A DNA stretch of 64,000 nucleotides from Eledone cirrhosa (GCA_964016885.1 OZ024745.1:54994001-55058000); one strand, 5' to 3'; shown: positions 12,897-25,211, counted from the stretch's first letter. The notes: generated from the letters alone by a model not told the origin. Numbers and translations are program-made.

Positions 12897-15800
12897 TTAC
12901 AGACACATACTCGAGCCATACTTGCTTCTCTCACCCATCTTTCAACAAAATGCTGGGAAGAGAGCATTTCCCTCTCTACCCTGATTTTCCTTTTCAAATG
13001 AAATTTGAAAAAGTTAATCAGGGCATCACCGAAGAGGTAAGTGCTCGATTTCAGCCCTTTCAAACGTGTCTCCATACTATCTCTTTCGCCATCGCCACCA
13101 GACAGATAAAAACTACCTGCCATTCCCGGCTAATGGAAGAGGGCGGGGCAATCTTCACAATGGACTCAGCTGATAGCTGGATCCGTCCTACACGTGACAG
13201 CAGGTGTTCGACATAAACCCACAAGTCAGCGATGTTCGGACACTGGACGAGTGCGCGCAGGTCGGTTTCGTCGCCCTGCGTGCATCTCGGACATGCCCGG
13301 CTGACGGCACCTTCATTCCTGTAGAGTTTATCCAGAACTGGCAAAGCTCCTCGGTAGCACTGCCAGGCCAGGGATTTCTGGAAGTTGTCCATAGGCCCCA
13401 GCCCGAAAGTTCTTCCGAAGAGATTGGCTAGTTGATTTGCGTCGACGCCTAGAGTTTCCCCAAGTACGTCGTCGCTCTTCCCCTCCACTAATCCTCTATA
13501 GAACGCAAAGGTGGAGTTTCCACCGATCACATTGCCCGATTGGTCGATGGCTGTGAGCGCCTGAAGACATTCCAGTCTCCAGGCGCTCCCTCTCGGTCTT
13601 CGCTTGACCCAGGACTGCAGCTCCGTCAAGGAGAGGAGATGGGGAAAGACGCGTCTAGCAAACGGCGACCACACCTGATCACCGCCGAGGAAGAGGTGGA
13701 GATGTCGTAGCCTGTCGCTCTTCCCCTCCACTAGTCGTCTATAGAACGCCGAGGTGGATGTTCCACCGATACTGGTGCCCAGCTGGCAGAGGGCAGTGAG
13801 GGCCTGGAGACATTCCAGTTTCCATGCGCTATGCCTCGGTCTTTTTTCGACCCAGGACTGCAGCTCCGTCAGGGAGACGATCTGTGGGAAAACGTGCCAG
13901 GCGAACGGCGACCACACCTGTTCACCATCAAGGAAGCACCAGAGATGTCGCAGCCTCAGCGCAAGTTTGCGCATCATCAGCCATGGCATGCCCAGTCCTC
14001 CACGCAACGGGTGTTGACAGCAGATGGATCGTCTGACCATGGGAGCGCGTCCCTTCCACAAAAAGCGGAAGAGGAGGCGCTCCATTTTGGTGAGAGTTGG
14101 GCTGGAGCAAGGGACGACGTTGAGGCGGTAGCACATAAGGGATGTGATGTACGCAATTGCAACCTCCGCCCGACCTTTCAGGGACAGCTTCCTGTTGGCC
14201 ACTTTCTGAGTGAGGGAGGCCACCCTGCTCCTCACATCGTTCCAGTTTTTCTCCATCTGGAGGTCCGGTCCGAACCAGACCCCGAGCAATTTAACCGGTC
14301 CGTCCGTCCAGCACCCGATGACGCTGTTGGACGGCATGGACCTGCCTCTCCAGGGGCCGAGCTGCAGGCCCACTGACTTTTCCTGGTTGATCATTGCTCC
14401 TGTCACCGCTTCGTATTCTCTTAGTGTAGTGCCGATCGCCTCGATATGTTTGGCGTTCGACACCACTACGGTGACATCGTCCGCATATGCTGACACGGAT
14501 CTTCCGCATCCTAGTTCGCGCGGGACACCCTCAACGTCTCCAGTTTGTGCAGTAATGGCTCGAGAGTCAATACGCACAAGAGGGACGAGAGGGGACATCC
14601 TTGGCGGACCGAGCGCATGATGTTGAACGGTTCTGAAAGGTGACCGTTCACTCTCACCACAGAGCAGATGTCGCTGTACACGGCAGCGATCCAGCCTCTG
14701 AAGACGGGCCCAAAGCCAGCTGCCCTCAGGACTGCCGCTAGGTAACGATGGTCGACCCTATCGAAGGCTTTCGACTGATCTAAATTGATCAAGGACCCAC
14801 CCGTTCCAGGTTCCCTAGCTACCCTCTCTACGATGTATCGCATGAGTTGGAGGTTGCCGTGGATGGACCTGTCGGGAATGGCGGATGTCTGCGCCTCTCC
14901 CACCAGACCACCAACGACAAGCGCCAACCTTTTTGCTAGCCCCTTGGCCAAAATCTTGAACTCTGTGTTTAGCACGTTTATGGGTCTAAAATTATGTATG
15001 TTATCCGCCTTGTTCGGACCCTTTCTTAGCAGCGCCACAGCTCCTCGGCTCACAGAGCTGGGAATTCTCCCGTTCTGTTGCCAGTTGCAGTAGACGTCCG
15101 CCAAGAGGCCTCCGAACAAGACTGGCACCTGTACGTAAAGTCCATAGGGCAGACCATCCAAACCAGGCGATTTACCCCTTGTGCAGCTAGTCATTGCCTC
15201 CCGTACTTCAGCGACTGTTATCGGCTTTTCGTAACACTCCGCCTCAGTGGCCGAGAGCCGCGGCAGTCCGTCGAGGTAGACACTAAAGTCCATCTCTCGA
15301 TCCGACCCGCCGCTGTCCCCGAACAACTGAGCGAAGTGTCGCTGAAAAGCTTCACACATTTGCCCGGGATCGAGTAGCAGGCGCCCGTCGTGGTCCACCA
15401 AAGACCGGATCGTGGCTTTGTTGCCACGACGCGCCTCCGCCACTCGGGCCCATTGAACGGCTTTCGTCCACTCGTGTCTGAGAGCATGCACCCTAGCTCT
15501 GACAACGCAGCCTTTGTGCTTTGCATTGATGAATTGGTCAAGGGCCAATTCCGCCGCAAATAAGTCGGTCGCGATGACTTTGCTAAGCGCCTCGTCTAAT
15601 TTTCTAACTAATTCTCCCTCTGCTCTATTTTTCTCTATTGCTAAAGCCTTACTAAACCTAATGGACTCTATTCTAATTGATCTATTCAGAGCAAACCACC
15701 ACTTGTTGTTGACGATGGCCCCCGTCAACGCCCGCTTAACTAGTTCGCTAATCCGGTCTCTGTAGGCCTTGCGCGCTGGTAAGGACACGTTTAGCTTCCA

Positions 15801-16532
15801 GTAGCCGGGTCCTCGTCTATGAAGCCTATCTAAGTCAAGCACACAGATCACGAATTTGTGGTCCGCGTAGCTGACCATCTTGAATTGTGGACAGCCTATG
15901 CTAGACCTATCTATTTCTCTACAACATACTCTATCTAGATATGATCTGGATGACCCTATGCGATTTGTCCACATTGGCACATTCGGGAAATCCAATCGGT
16001 ACCTGTCAGATAGTTCAAAACGTCTGAGCAGGTTGGTGAGGTTATTGCACCCTCCTCCCCTATCCGCTAATCCCACACAGTCCCAGCGTACATCTAGGAT
16101 CACGGTCCAGTCGCCCACTAACACTAAAGAGCGGGACGCTCCAAGAAAGCTCTCCAGACGCCAGAAGAAATCAGGCCGCCCTGCTCCTGTCGGGGCATAG
16201 ACGGAACCTAGCCTGAAAGCTTGTCCGTTTCCGCTGGTCGCGTCTATCACCACCAACCTACCTTCTAGGTCCAGGAGAATGGCCCGTATGGCGAGACCCA
16301 AACCTCTCCGAAAAAGCACAGCAACTCTTCCCCCCGATCCCGGACGGCTGGGAGATGCGTACACAACGTAGCCGCCGAAGATCGGTGCGAAGGCCCGTGC
16401 TTCGGAGATTCTGGTCTCACTGATGGCCACTACATCTATGTTTAGTGACCTGAGGTCGTTGAGCAGGTGGCCCTGCTTCCATGACGACCACAAGCCACGC
16501 GCATTTATGCTGCCTATTCTGAGTGAGGTCAT
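12897..16532 (-). pseudogene. Tx1 ORF2 (APE endonuclease, reverse transcriptase, C-terminal zinc finger), frameshifted
   Basis: SINARG, ISET, VYAP, LVGDW, SYLDR, ADHK, GPGYWKLN, KSPGLDGLP, LDQSKAFDRV, VRQGCPLS, AYADD, GGLGMP and CPRC...ET. Spread over ORFs 14511-16532, 13060-14598 and 12671-13123, with frameshifts near 14530 and 13070. Confidence 0.93.
13471..13956 (-). repeat. 243-bp (81-codon) in-frame tandem duplication inside ORF2 of copy A
   Basis: RLRHL...LVEGKSD occurs twice, at 13714-13956 and 13471-13713, and the two units are clearly diverged. Confidence 0.9.
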
Positions 16533-16566
16533 GTTGAAATGGAGTGGAAAATATGGGAAAGACCAC

Positions 16567-18381
16567 TTACCTTACTTCTCGTAGAGGAAGGATGGTTTGT
16601 CCATCCTTTTCACCGCTCGTGCCCTCCTCCGGAAGGATGTCCTTAAAAATCCTCCGGGAGAGTGTTTGTCGGAAGTCTCCGATGTCTTTGGGGAATTTTT
16701 GTTTTAGTGTCGTGTACGTTTTCTGTGTGATGCGAGTGATTTGTATGTGTGAAGGTGATGTGAACTTTTGGGTTGTTGTGTAGTCTTGTTATGTGATGCT
16801 GGTGTTGTGTTGCATGTAGTGTAATAATTGGTTGTTGTTCAAATTTAATGCTGTGTAGTGTGTATCGTTTTGGTTGTTTTGTTTTGTTTGCGTTTGTCGT
16901 GGGTTTGTTTCTGTGGGTTTGTTTCTGTTACGCTTTTTGGTGACTTTTGTGGTGTTGGTGATGGTGGTGTTGGGGTTAATGATGGTGATGGTGTTTGTGT
17001 TTGTGGTGATGGGGTTGGTGATGCTGGTGTGGATGGTGGCATATCTGTCCTAACCTTTTTGTTTGATACTTTATTTGTTTTCCTCTGTATTTTGTTTTTG
17101 GAGGGGGCAGTTAGAGAATTCTTTCTTTTTTGGGTTTCTTTTTTTCTTTTTTCCTGATACCGTTTCCCACTCCACGTCGTCACAATCTGTCTCCAGTTGC
17201 GATAAGCCGGGGAATTGAAAATCCTCCACAGGCGTTGGTTTTGGTTGTGGCGTGGTGGATGGTGTAGGTGCTGGTGCTAGTTCTGGGGCGTTGCGTGGTG
17301 GTGGTGTTTGTTTTGCTACTGTTGCTAGGGTTGTTGCTGTTACAGTTGCTTCTGTTGTTGCTGCTGCCACAGTTGTTGCTGCCATTTCTGCTGCTGGTAG
17401 TGTTGATAGTTGAGTCACTGGGGTGGGTAAGAGAGGTGGCCTCAACCTTTTAGCCTGAGGGCAGAAAGCCCTTAGGTGGGTTCCTTCACCACTAACGACA
17501 CACCTAGATCTTCTGCCCTCGACGATTACGGTGAGGTGGCTGCCGTCAGTGAGGTCTATTACCTCTGGGATCTCCTCAATGCTTTTAAGGTCCGCTTGGA
17601 TCAGGAGCTCCATCCCAGATCCGGACCAGTTCTCCTGCTTTTCTTTCGCTATTTCAATTATCTTGGTGTTGGCCTCGATGCCGTCGAGGACGGCAGCCAT
17701 TAGCCATGGAATTTCGATGGCCGGTGGAACGTAGGTCACCCTGATCTCCACAAGTCTCTGGCCACAATAGCTTGGGACGAGTGTGAAGTCGTCACTTCTT
17801 AATGGGGCCATGGAGTGTTCTCTGGCCCCCTGCGGTGTTTCAAAGAACACGTCCACGGTTCCATATTTCTGCACACGTCTGATGCGGTTTTTTTTTGCCC
17901 ACACATGTCCCAAAGCTTTTTGGATTTGGGACTCGATTGCCCGTTCCACTCGGCGCGATTTTATGTTAAATGTCCGATAAGACACGGTTCATAGGCGACG
18001 TTGCTCCAGGTAAGTTTTCTTAATTTCATTGTTGCTGGTGTTGTTATCGTTATTTTTGCTATTGTTAATTTTAGTTTCAGTTGTGGTGGTGGTGGCGTCA
18101 GTGGTGTTCGCTGTGGAAGAGTTCATTTTGGTTGAATTTATTTCGATATCACGAGTTAATTTTTTTTCTTTTGTTTCTGTTGTCGCTGTGGTGGTGGTGG
18201 GAGTGGCGGCTTTAACACCTGCAGTCATTGGTAATGGCGGGAAATGAACGTCTGCCTGAGACAAATTTAAAATATTGCTACTGCTTACATTTCCAGTGTT
18301 GGCAAACGTAGCAATATTTACAATGGTGGTGTCGGTGTGAGGTGTTAGATTGTGAGGAAGGAGTGACTCTGAGTCATCCAT
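16567..18381 (-). pseudogene. Tx1 ORF1 (low-complexity N-terminus, RRM-like region, CCHC knuckle remnant, Pro/Thr-rich linker), disrupted
   Basis: ORFs 17989-18381 and 17071-17985 are in frame across one TGA. Motifs are GTVDVFF and RCVVSGEGTHLRAFCP. The C-terminus IGDFRQTLSRRIFKDIL...EVR* is homologous to copy B. Confidence 0.8.
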
Positions 18382-18598
18382 GATTCTTCAAAGAAAACAC
18401 TTTTGTTTGATAATTATAAAAAAGTTTTAATTTTGGGCTCAAGGCCCCAATATTTTTGAGTGTCCTTTTCAGAAATCAATGTATGTGCACTTATATACAG
18501 TTAACAATAACAATTTTCCATAAATGGCAATTTTAAACAACTGAAAATAACAAACATTTGCGGAGCTCACGATGATACGATTTACTACGTAGGTCACC

Positions 18599-18664
<66 letters not shown>
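18599..18664. repeat. (AAT)22 microsatellite separating Tx1 copies A and B
   Basis: Read directly from the sequence. Confidence 0.95.
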
Positions 18665-18666
<2 letters not shown>

Positions 18667-18952
18667 TTTCTTTATTGGCCACAAGGGCTGACATCAAGAC
18701 AAACATCACAGACGGAACAGGACGGTACGATGTGGGTTTTGTGGGTGTAAATATTTTTATTATTTATATAAGAAAAGAAAAAAGACATAAAACATATATA
18801 TATAAACAATAAAATGAAAATTGAAACAATGAAAAATACCCCAATAGGGGGGGAAACCTCCGAGACTTACTCGTGGCGAAAACCACACAAAAGACCACGG
18901 CCACCCTGACTACCAGGGCAAGCGCCCTCTCTCAATGTTTCTATCTCTCAAA

Positions 18953-21783
18953 CTACAGACGTATATTCAGAGTGGTCCCCTTCACTCGGACCATTCTCGC
19001 TACATTCACCCACCTTTCAACAAACTTGCTAGAAAGCAGCACTTGCCTCTCCACCCTGATTTTCCTCTTCAAGTGAAACTTGAAAAAGTTAATCAGGGAT
19101 TCGCCGAAGAGGAAACTGTTTGTCTTTAATCCTTTTAAACTTGTCCACCACGCAATCTCTTTCGCCATGGCCACCAGGCAGATGAAAACCGCCTGCCCTT
19201 CCTCCTCAAAGGAAGACGGCGAGACCATCTGCACAATGGACTCAATCGACAACCGGATCAGTCCGACACGTGACAGCAACTGTTCGACATAGCTCCACAA
19301 GACAGCAATGCTCGGGCACTGAACGAGTGCGTGCACAACGGTTTCGTCGCTATGCGCGCATCTCGGACAGGCTCGGCTGACGGCACTTCCGTGCCTGTAG
19401 TGCTTATCTCGAACCGGCAGCGCTTCCCGGTAGCACTGCTAGGCCAGAGATTTTTGGAAGTTATCCATAGGCCCCGGGCTGAAAGTTCTCCGGAAGAGAG
19501 CAAGCAGCTGATTTTCTTCGACGCCCAGGATCTCTCCGAGGACGTCGTCGCTCTTCCCCTCCACTAGTCCTCTATAGAACGCCGAGGTTGATGTTCCACC
19601 GATACTGGTTCCCAACTGGGAGAGGGCAGTGAGCGCCTAGAGACATTCCAGTTTCCAAGCGCTATCCCTCGGTCTTTTTCTGACCCAGGACTGCAGCTCC
19701 GTCAAGGAGACGAGCTCTGGGAAAACGTGCCTGGCGAACGGCGGCCACACCCGTTCAACATCAAGGAAGCACCAGAGATGTCGCAGCCTCAGCGCATGTT
19801 TGCGCATCATCAGCCATGGCATGCCCAGTCCTCCACGCAACGGGTGTTGACAGCAGTGGATCGTCTGACCATGGGAGCGCGTCCCTTCCACAAAAAGTGG
19901 AAGAGGAGGCGCTCCATTTTGGTGAGAGTTGGGCTGGAGCAAGGGACGACGGTGAGCCGGTAGCAGATGATGGATGCGATGTACGCATTCGCCACTTCCG
20001 ACCCTATCAAATGCTTTGGATTGATCCAAGTTGATCAGGGCCCCACCCTTGCCAGGTTCCTTAACCACCCTCTCTATGATGTATCGCATGAGGTGGAGGT
20101 TGTCGTGTATGGATCTGTCCGGGATGGCGCATGTCTGCGCCTCTCCCACCAGACCCATGACGACAAGCGCCAACCTCGTTGCTAACACCTTGGCCAAAAT
20201 CTTGAACTCTGCGTTTAGCAGGGTTATGCGCCTGAAATTATCAATAACACCCCCTTGTTCGGGTCTTTTCTCAGCAGCGCCACTGCTACCCGGCTCACAA
20301 AACTGGGAATGCTCCCGTTCTGCTCCCAGTTGCAGTAGACGTCAGCCAAGACGTCACCGAAAAAGTCTGGCATAAATGCATAAATCTCGTAGGGCAGACC
20401 ATCTAAACCTGGCGATTTACCTCTTGTGCAGTTAGCCATCGCTTCCCGTATTTCACCGGCTGTTATTGGCTTTTCGCAACACTGTGCTGCGGTCGTCGAG
20501 AGCCGAGGCAGTCCGTCGAGGTATGCACTGAAGTCCATGTCCCGATCCGGGCCGCCACCGCTCCCGAACAGTTCAGTAAAGTGCTGCTGAAAAGCGTCAC
20601 ACATCCGCTCGGGTTCGAGCATCACGCACCCGTTTTGGTCAGACAAAGACCGAATTGTGGCTTTATTGCCACGTCGCGCCTCTGCCACCAGGGCCCATTG
20701 GACGGCTTTTGTCCCCTCGAGTTTCAGAGCACGCGCTCTAGCGCTGACAACGCAGCCTTCGTATTTTGCGTTGAAGAATTGGTCGAGTGCCAATCTCGCC
20801 GCAAGCACGTCGGTTGCGATGCCTGTCCTAAACGCCTCTTCTAGCTTTCTGACTAGCTCTCCCTCTACTCTATTTTCCTCTATCACTACTCCTTTCCTAA
20901 ACCTAATCGACTCTACTTTAATTGCCCTTTTCAGGTCGAACCACCACCTGTTGTTGACGACCACTCCCGTCAACCCCCGCTTAACTAATACGCTAATCCG
21001 GTCTCTGTAGGCCTTGCGCGCCGGGAAAGACGCGTTCAGCTTCCAGTAACCAGGCCCTTGTCTATGAAGTCTGTCTATGTCGATCTCACAGATCACAAAT
21101 TTGTGGTCTGTGTAGTCGACTATTTTAAATTGTGGACAACTTATACTAGCCTTATCTAGTTCCCTGCAGAATACCCTATCTAGATACGATCTGGATGACC
21201 CGATGCGGTTTGACCATGTCCACATTGGCACATTCGGGTGATCCAGTCGATACCTGTCAGACAGTTCAAAACGTCTGAGCAGGTTGATGAGGCTCTTGCA
21301 CCCTCCTCCCCTATCCACTAGCCCCACACGAACCCAGCGTGCATCCAATATACTGTTCCAGTCACCCACTAACACTAAAGAGCGGGACGTTCCAAGAAAG
21401 GTCTCTAGACGTCTGAATAAATCTGGCCGTCCTGCCCCTGTTGGGGCGTAGACGGCTACTAGCCTGAAAGCATTGCCTTCGCTGCCGGTCACGTCCAGCA
21501 CCACCGACTTACCTTGTGGGTCCAGGAAGATAGCCCGTATGGCGAGATCCAAGCCTCTCCGAAAAAGGACGGCAACCCCTCCTCCTGATCCTGGACGGCT
21601 GGGAGATGCGTATACATCGTAGCCGCCGAAGATCGGTGCGAAGGCCCGTGCCTCGGAGATTCTGGTTTCACTGATGGCCACCACATCTATATTTAGTGAC
21701 CTGAGGTCATTGAGCAGGTGACCCTGCTTCCAAGATGACCCCAGGCCACGTGCATTTATACTGCCTATTCTGAGTACAGCCAT
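18953..21783 (-). pseudogene. Tx1 ORF2 of copy B; APE domain open, RT core deleted
   Basis: ORF 20224-21783 (APE and linker) is followed by frameshifted pieces. LDQSKAFDRV is joined directly to EVANAYIAS at ~20000, so QGCPLS and YADD are missing. Confidence 0.9.
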
Positions 21784-21815
21784 GTTGGATTAGAAACGGG
21801 GCAAATGAGAAAGGG

Positions 21816-23873
21816 TCACTTACCTTGTTCGTGTGGTGAAGGGACAGTAGAACCGTCCCTTTCGCTGGTTATGGATGTTTCCAAGAGGATGTCAGTGTAT
21901 ATCCTCTTGGTAACCGTCCCTCTGAAGTCTCCAACTGCGTTGGGGAATATTTGTTTTAAAGGTTTGTATTGTTCTATTGAGATTTCGATGATGCTTATGT
22001 TTGTTGGGAGAGTTGTTGGTGTTGGTGGGGTGTAGTAATTTTTTTCCGTGATGTCTGTGTGCTGCTTTATATATTTTATGAGTTCTATTTTTGTTATGTT
22101 TATGGCTGTGTACTTTTTGGTGGGAGGGGTGATTTTGTTGCCGTTTTCTTCTTGTTGCTGTTTGGTGTGTGTGTCTTGTTGTGTTTGCGTTGTTGGTGTT
22201 TGTAGTGGTGTTGCTGCAAGTTTCCTTGCTGCCTTTACCCCTCTTAGTATGCCTTCGATTTTGGAGGGTGAATCTAAGGGTTTTTTTCTTTTTTCTTTTT
22301 TGTGGCAGACTGTTTGCCACGTCACTCCCGCCTCAAACTCCATGTCGGATTCTGTGGCGTCTGGCAGGGGTATGTGCTCCACGGCTGTTGGTGGTGGCAG
22401 TGGAGCCCTCTTCGGCAATGTTGGTGCTGGTGTAGCTATTTCAAATGTAGCTACTGGTGTTGCCGCTACTGATGATGCTGCTTTAGTTATCCGTGGCCTT
22501 GGTACGGGTGCTACGGACGTTGCTCTCGTACTCACCGTGGAAGGGGCTTCTTCGTTTGTTGCCTGTCCTGCTCTTGGTAGCAGCGGACCAGGTATTGGAA
22601 GGAGAGGGGCCCTCTTCGGTGTCTTCTGCGGGAAAAGGCCCTGAGGTGACCTTTCGACCCACAGAGATAACATTTAGGCCGTCCTCCTTCTACACTTATA
22701 GGGAGTTGGAGTCCTTCCTCAAAGTCTATGATATCGGGGATAGCCTCGATACATTCCTGGTCAGTTTGTATAAGCATTTGCATGCCTATACCTTACCAGT
22801 TCTCTCTCCCTATTTTTTCTACTTGCAGCATGGTCGCCCTGTTCGCAATTCCAGCAAGGACAGACGCGGCCAGCCAAGGTATGGGCACGTCGGGTGGGAC
22901 CTGGCTCACTTTGACCCTCACAATTTTCTGCCCGCAATTGGAGGGCACCAAGACTAACTCCTCACTCTTTAGGGTTTCCAAAGAGTGATCCTTTGCTTCC
23001 TAGGGGGTGGCGAAAAGTACGTCTACTGTGGCATACTTTCTGCCTCGGGGGATGTGGGTTTTGCGTACCAGACGCACCCCAAGGCCTTTTGGATTTGAGC
23101 CTCCGTGGCTCTCTCCACTCGATGTGAGATTTTGTTTACGGTGCGGGAGTCACCGTTCGTAGCTGCTGGTTCTTGAAAAAATCGGGTGGAGGTTTCAGGG
23201 AAACTCTATTTGCGCTTCTTGTCACCATGGCCCTTGCGATGGCCATCTCCTCCTCTGTGACTAACACTGTCTCGATATTTCGGGCGACACCTGCAAAAGA
23301 AGTGGTCCCTTTTTCAGCAGCACCACTATTGCTGCCGCTACTGGTCTTACTGGTGGTGCTGAGGTCGCTATTACAGGTATCGGTGTCATTGTTGTTCTTT
23401 TCGCTGGTACAGTTGTTGGTGTTGTTTTCGTTGATACTGTTGCTGCTGTTACTGTTATTGTGGCTGTTGTTATTATTGTTGTTTTTGTTGATACTGTTCC
23501 TACTATTATTGTTGTTGTGGCTGTTGTTATTGTCATTGTTATTGTCGTTCTCGACCTTACCGCTGTTATTTTTGTTATTGTCGTTCTCGACCTTACCGCT
23601 GTTATTTTTGTTATTGTCGTTCTCGACTTTACCGCTGTTATTTTTGGTGTTGTTGTTGGTGATGTTGTTGGTTTTATTGTTGGTGTTGTTTGTGTTAGAA
23701 ATATTTGTTAATTTTAAATCTGTAACAATCTTTTTTTCCTTTGTAATATTTTCGTTTATATTTACCTCCGCTGGAACGCTGTCTTGTTGACATGCTGATA
23801 AAGCCTCCCTCTCTCTGTGTTGTCTGACAGCGCTCTCTCTCTTTTTTGTGTTATCCATGTTGAAATTTTTCAA
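21816..23873 (-). pseudogene. Tx1 ORF1 of copy B, frameshifted
   Basis: Asn-rich N-terminus, VERATEAQIQKALG homologous to copy A, RPKCYLCGSKGHLRAF zinc knuckle, and C-terminal VGDFRGTVTKRIYTDIL. Confidence 0.8.
23538..23646 (-). repeat. 36-bp coding minisatellite x3 (KNNSGKVENDNN) in ORF1 of copy B
   Basis: GTCGTTCTCGAC recurs at 23544, 23580 and 23616. Confidence 0.9.
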
Positions 23874-24070
23874 AATACATTTTTACACAAATACCAATAC
23901 GACACCCCGTAAAGGGGTGCCGTATTATTTACTAGTGAACCCCTGTATTAGGTGGGTCACTTCTAAACTTTTATCAAATTTAAAACTTGAATAAAAAGTT
24001 TAGAACGGTTGAAAAAGAGGTAAAACGTTGAAAAAGACTGGAGGCGATAAGAAGCGTGGCTTCACCAACC

Positions 24071-24124
<54 letters not shown>

Positions 24125-24157
24125 AAGAAGAAGAAGAAGAAGAAGAAGAAGAAGAAG
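24071..24157. repeat. (AAT)17 followed by (GAA)n, at the 5' junction of Tx1 copy B
   Basis: Read directly from the sequence. Confidence 0.95.
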
Positions 24158-25118
24158 ATATATGTATATTAATTTCTTCTTTTTCATGGTTAAATGATAA
24201 TATACTTACTTCGGTGTCTCATCTGTGTAATCAAAGACAAAAATGTTCTGTTAATCCACTGAGTACGCATTCAAGAGTATCAAACTTATTACTTAGACAT
24301 TAGAGCTCATTCTCACGTATATCAAGATCATACAGACACAGACACAGACACAGGCACAGACATATACACAGACACACAGACACACACATACTCACACACA
24401 GACACACATACACACACATACTCTCTCTCTCACACACACACACATATGTATATATATATATGTGTGTCGGTGTGTGAATGTTTGAGCTTATATGTGTATT
24501 TAAATGCATAATATGATGTATAGTGCTTATGTTTATACGTATCGATTTGTGAATAACCATCAAATGTTCATATATTATGGAACTTGGTTATAAGTTTGAG
24601 CAACTGATAATTCTTCATTGTCTATAATTTTTTTCGCGGTTGTGGCATTTTTCTGCCGCATACAGATACCTCCACGCACTTATGCAAATACATTTGCTCA
24701 TATATATTTACAAGCCATGGAGAATCGCGCACACTAACATAGTTATTCCACACACTAACTATATTAACATATTAGCATTATTAGCATCCTTATTTATATA
24801 CTTATTTCTTAATATCCGCAGAATATAGATAACAAAATATGTGATAAAAACTTAATAAGTATCATTAACGATTTGATCAGGAAAGCTGATGCCATAAGAA
24901 CGGGAGAAACCAAAGAAGCTGTATGACATGAAAGAGAACCAAGTATATTCAAAGTGAATTTAACATCATATTTTCTCCCAAAATTATACACATACGCTAA
25001 CAGATACACACTCTGATTTTACAATATAATATATCTCACTATCTCTCTCTATTTCTTTCTTTCGTTCTTTTCCTTTCTCTCTCTCTCTCCCTCCCTCTGT
25101 CTCTCACTCTCTCTCTCA

Positions 25119-25211
<93 letters not shown>

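Larger units (their letters stand above)
12647..18598 (-). mobile_element. Full-length L1/Tx1-clade non-LTR retrotransposon, copy A
   Basis: Contains ORF1, ORF2 (APE-RT-CCHC) and a 3' UTR ending AATAACGAATGT then (ATT)n. The 5' end is (ATT)n|GGTGACC. Confidence 0.92.
18665..24070 (-). mobile_element. L1/Tx1-clade non-LTR retrotransposon, copy B, with both ends present and an internal RT deletion
   Basis: 5' end is (ATT)n|GGTTGGTG and 3' end is AATAAAGAAATC|(ATT)n. ORF1 and ORF2 are homologous to copy A. Confidence 0.92.

Noticed and set aside
17989-17991. In-frame TGA in ORF1 of copy A as programmed readthrough or selenocysteine
   Set aside because: Copy B has CGA (Arg) at the aligned codon (QQLRTV versus RRL*TV), so a CpG transition is the simpler explanation.
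13204-23790. Plus-strand ORFs overlapping the Tx1 elements, including poly-Leu/Val 'membrane' ORFs
   Set aside because: They are antisense shadows of GC-rich or low-complexity coding sequence and have no independent motifs.
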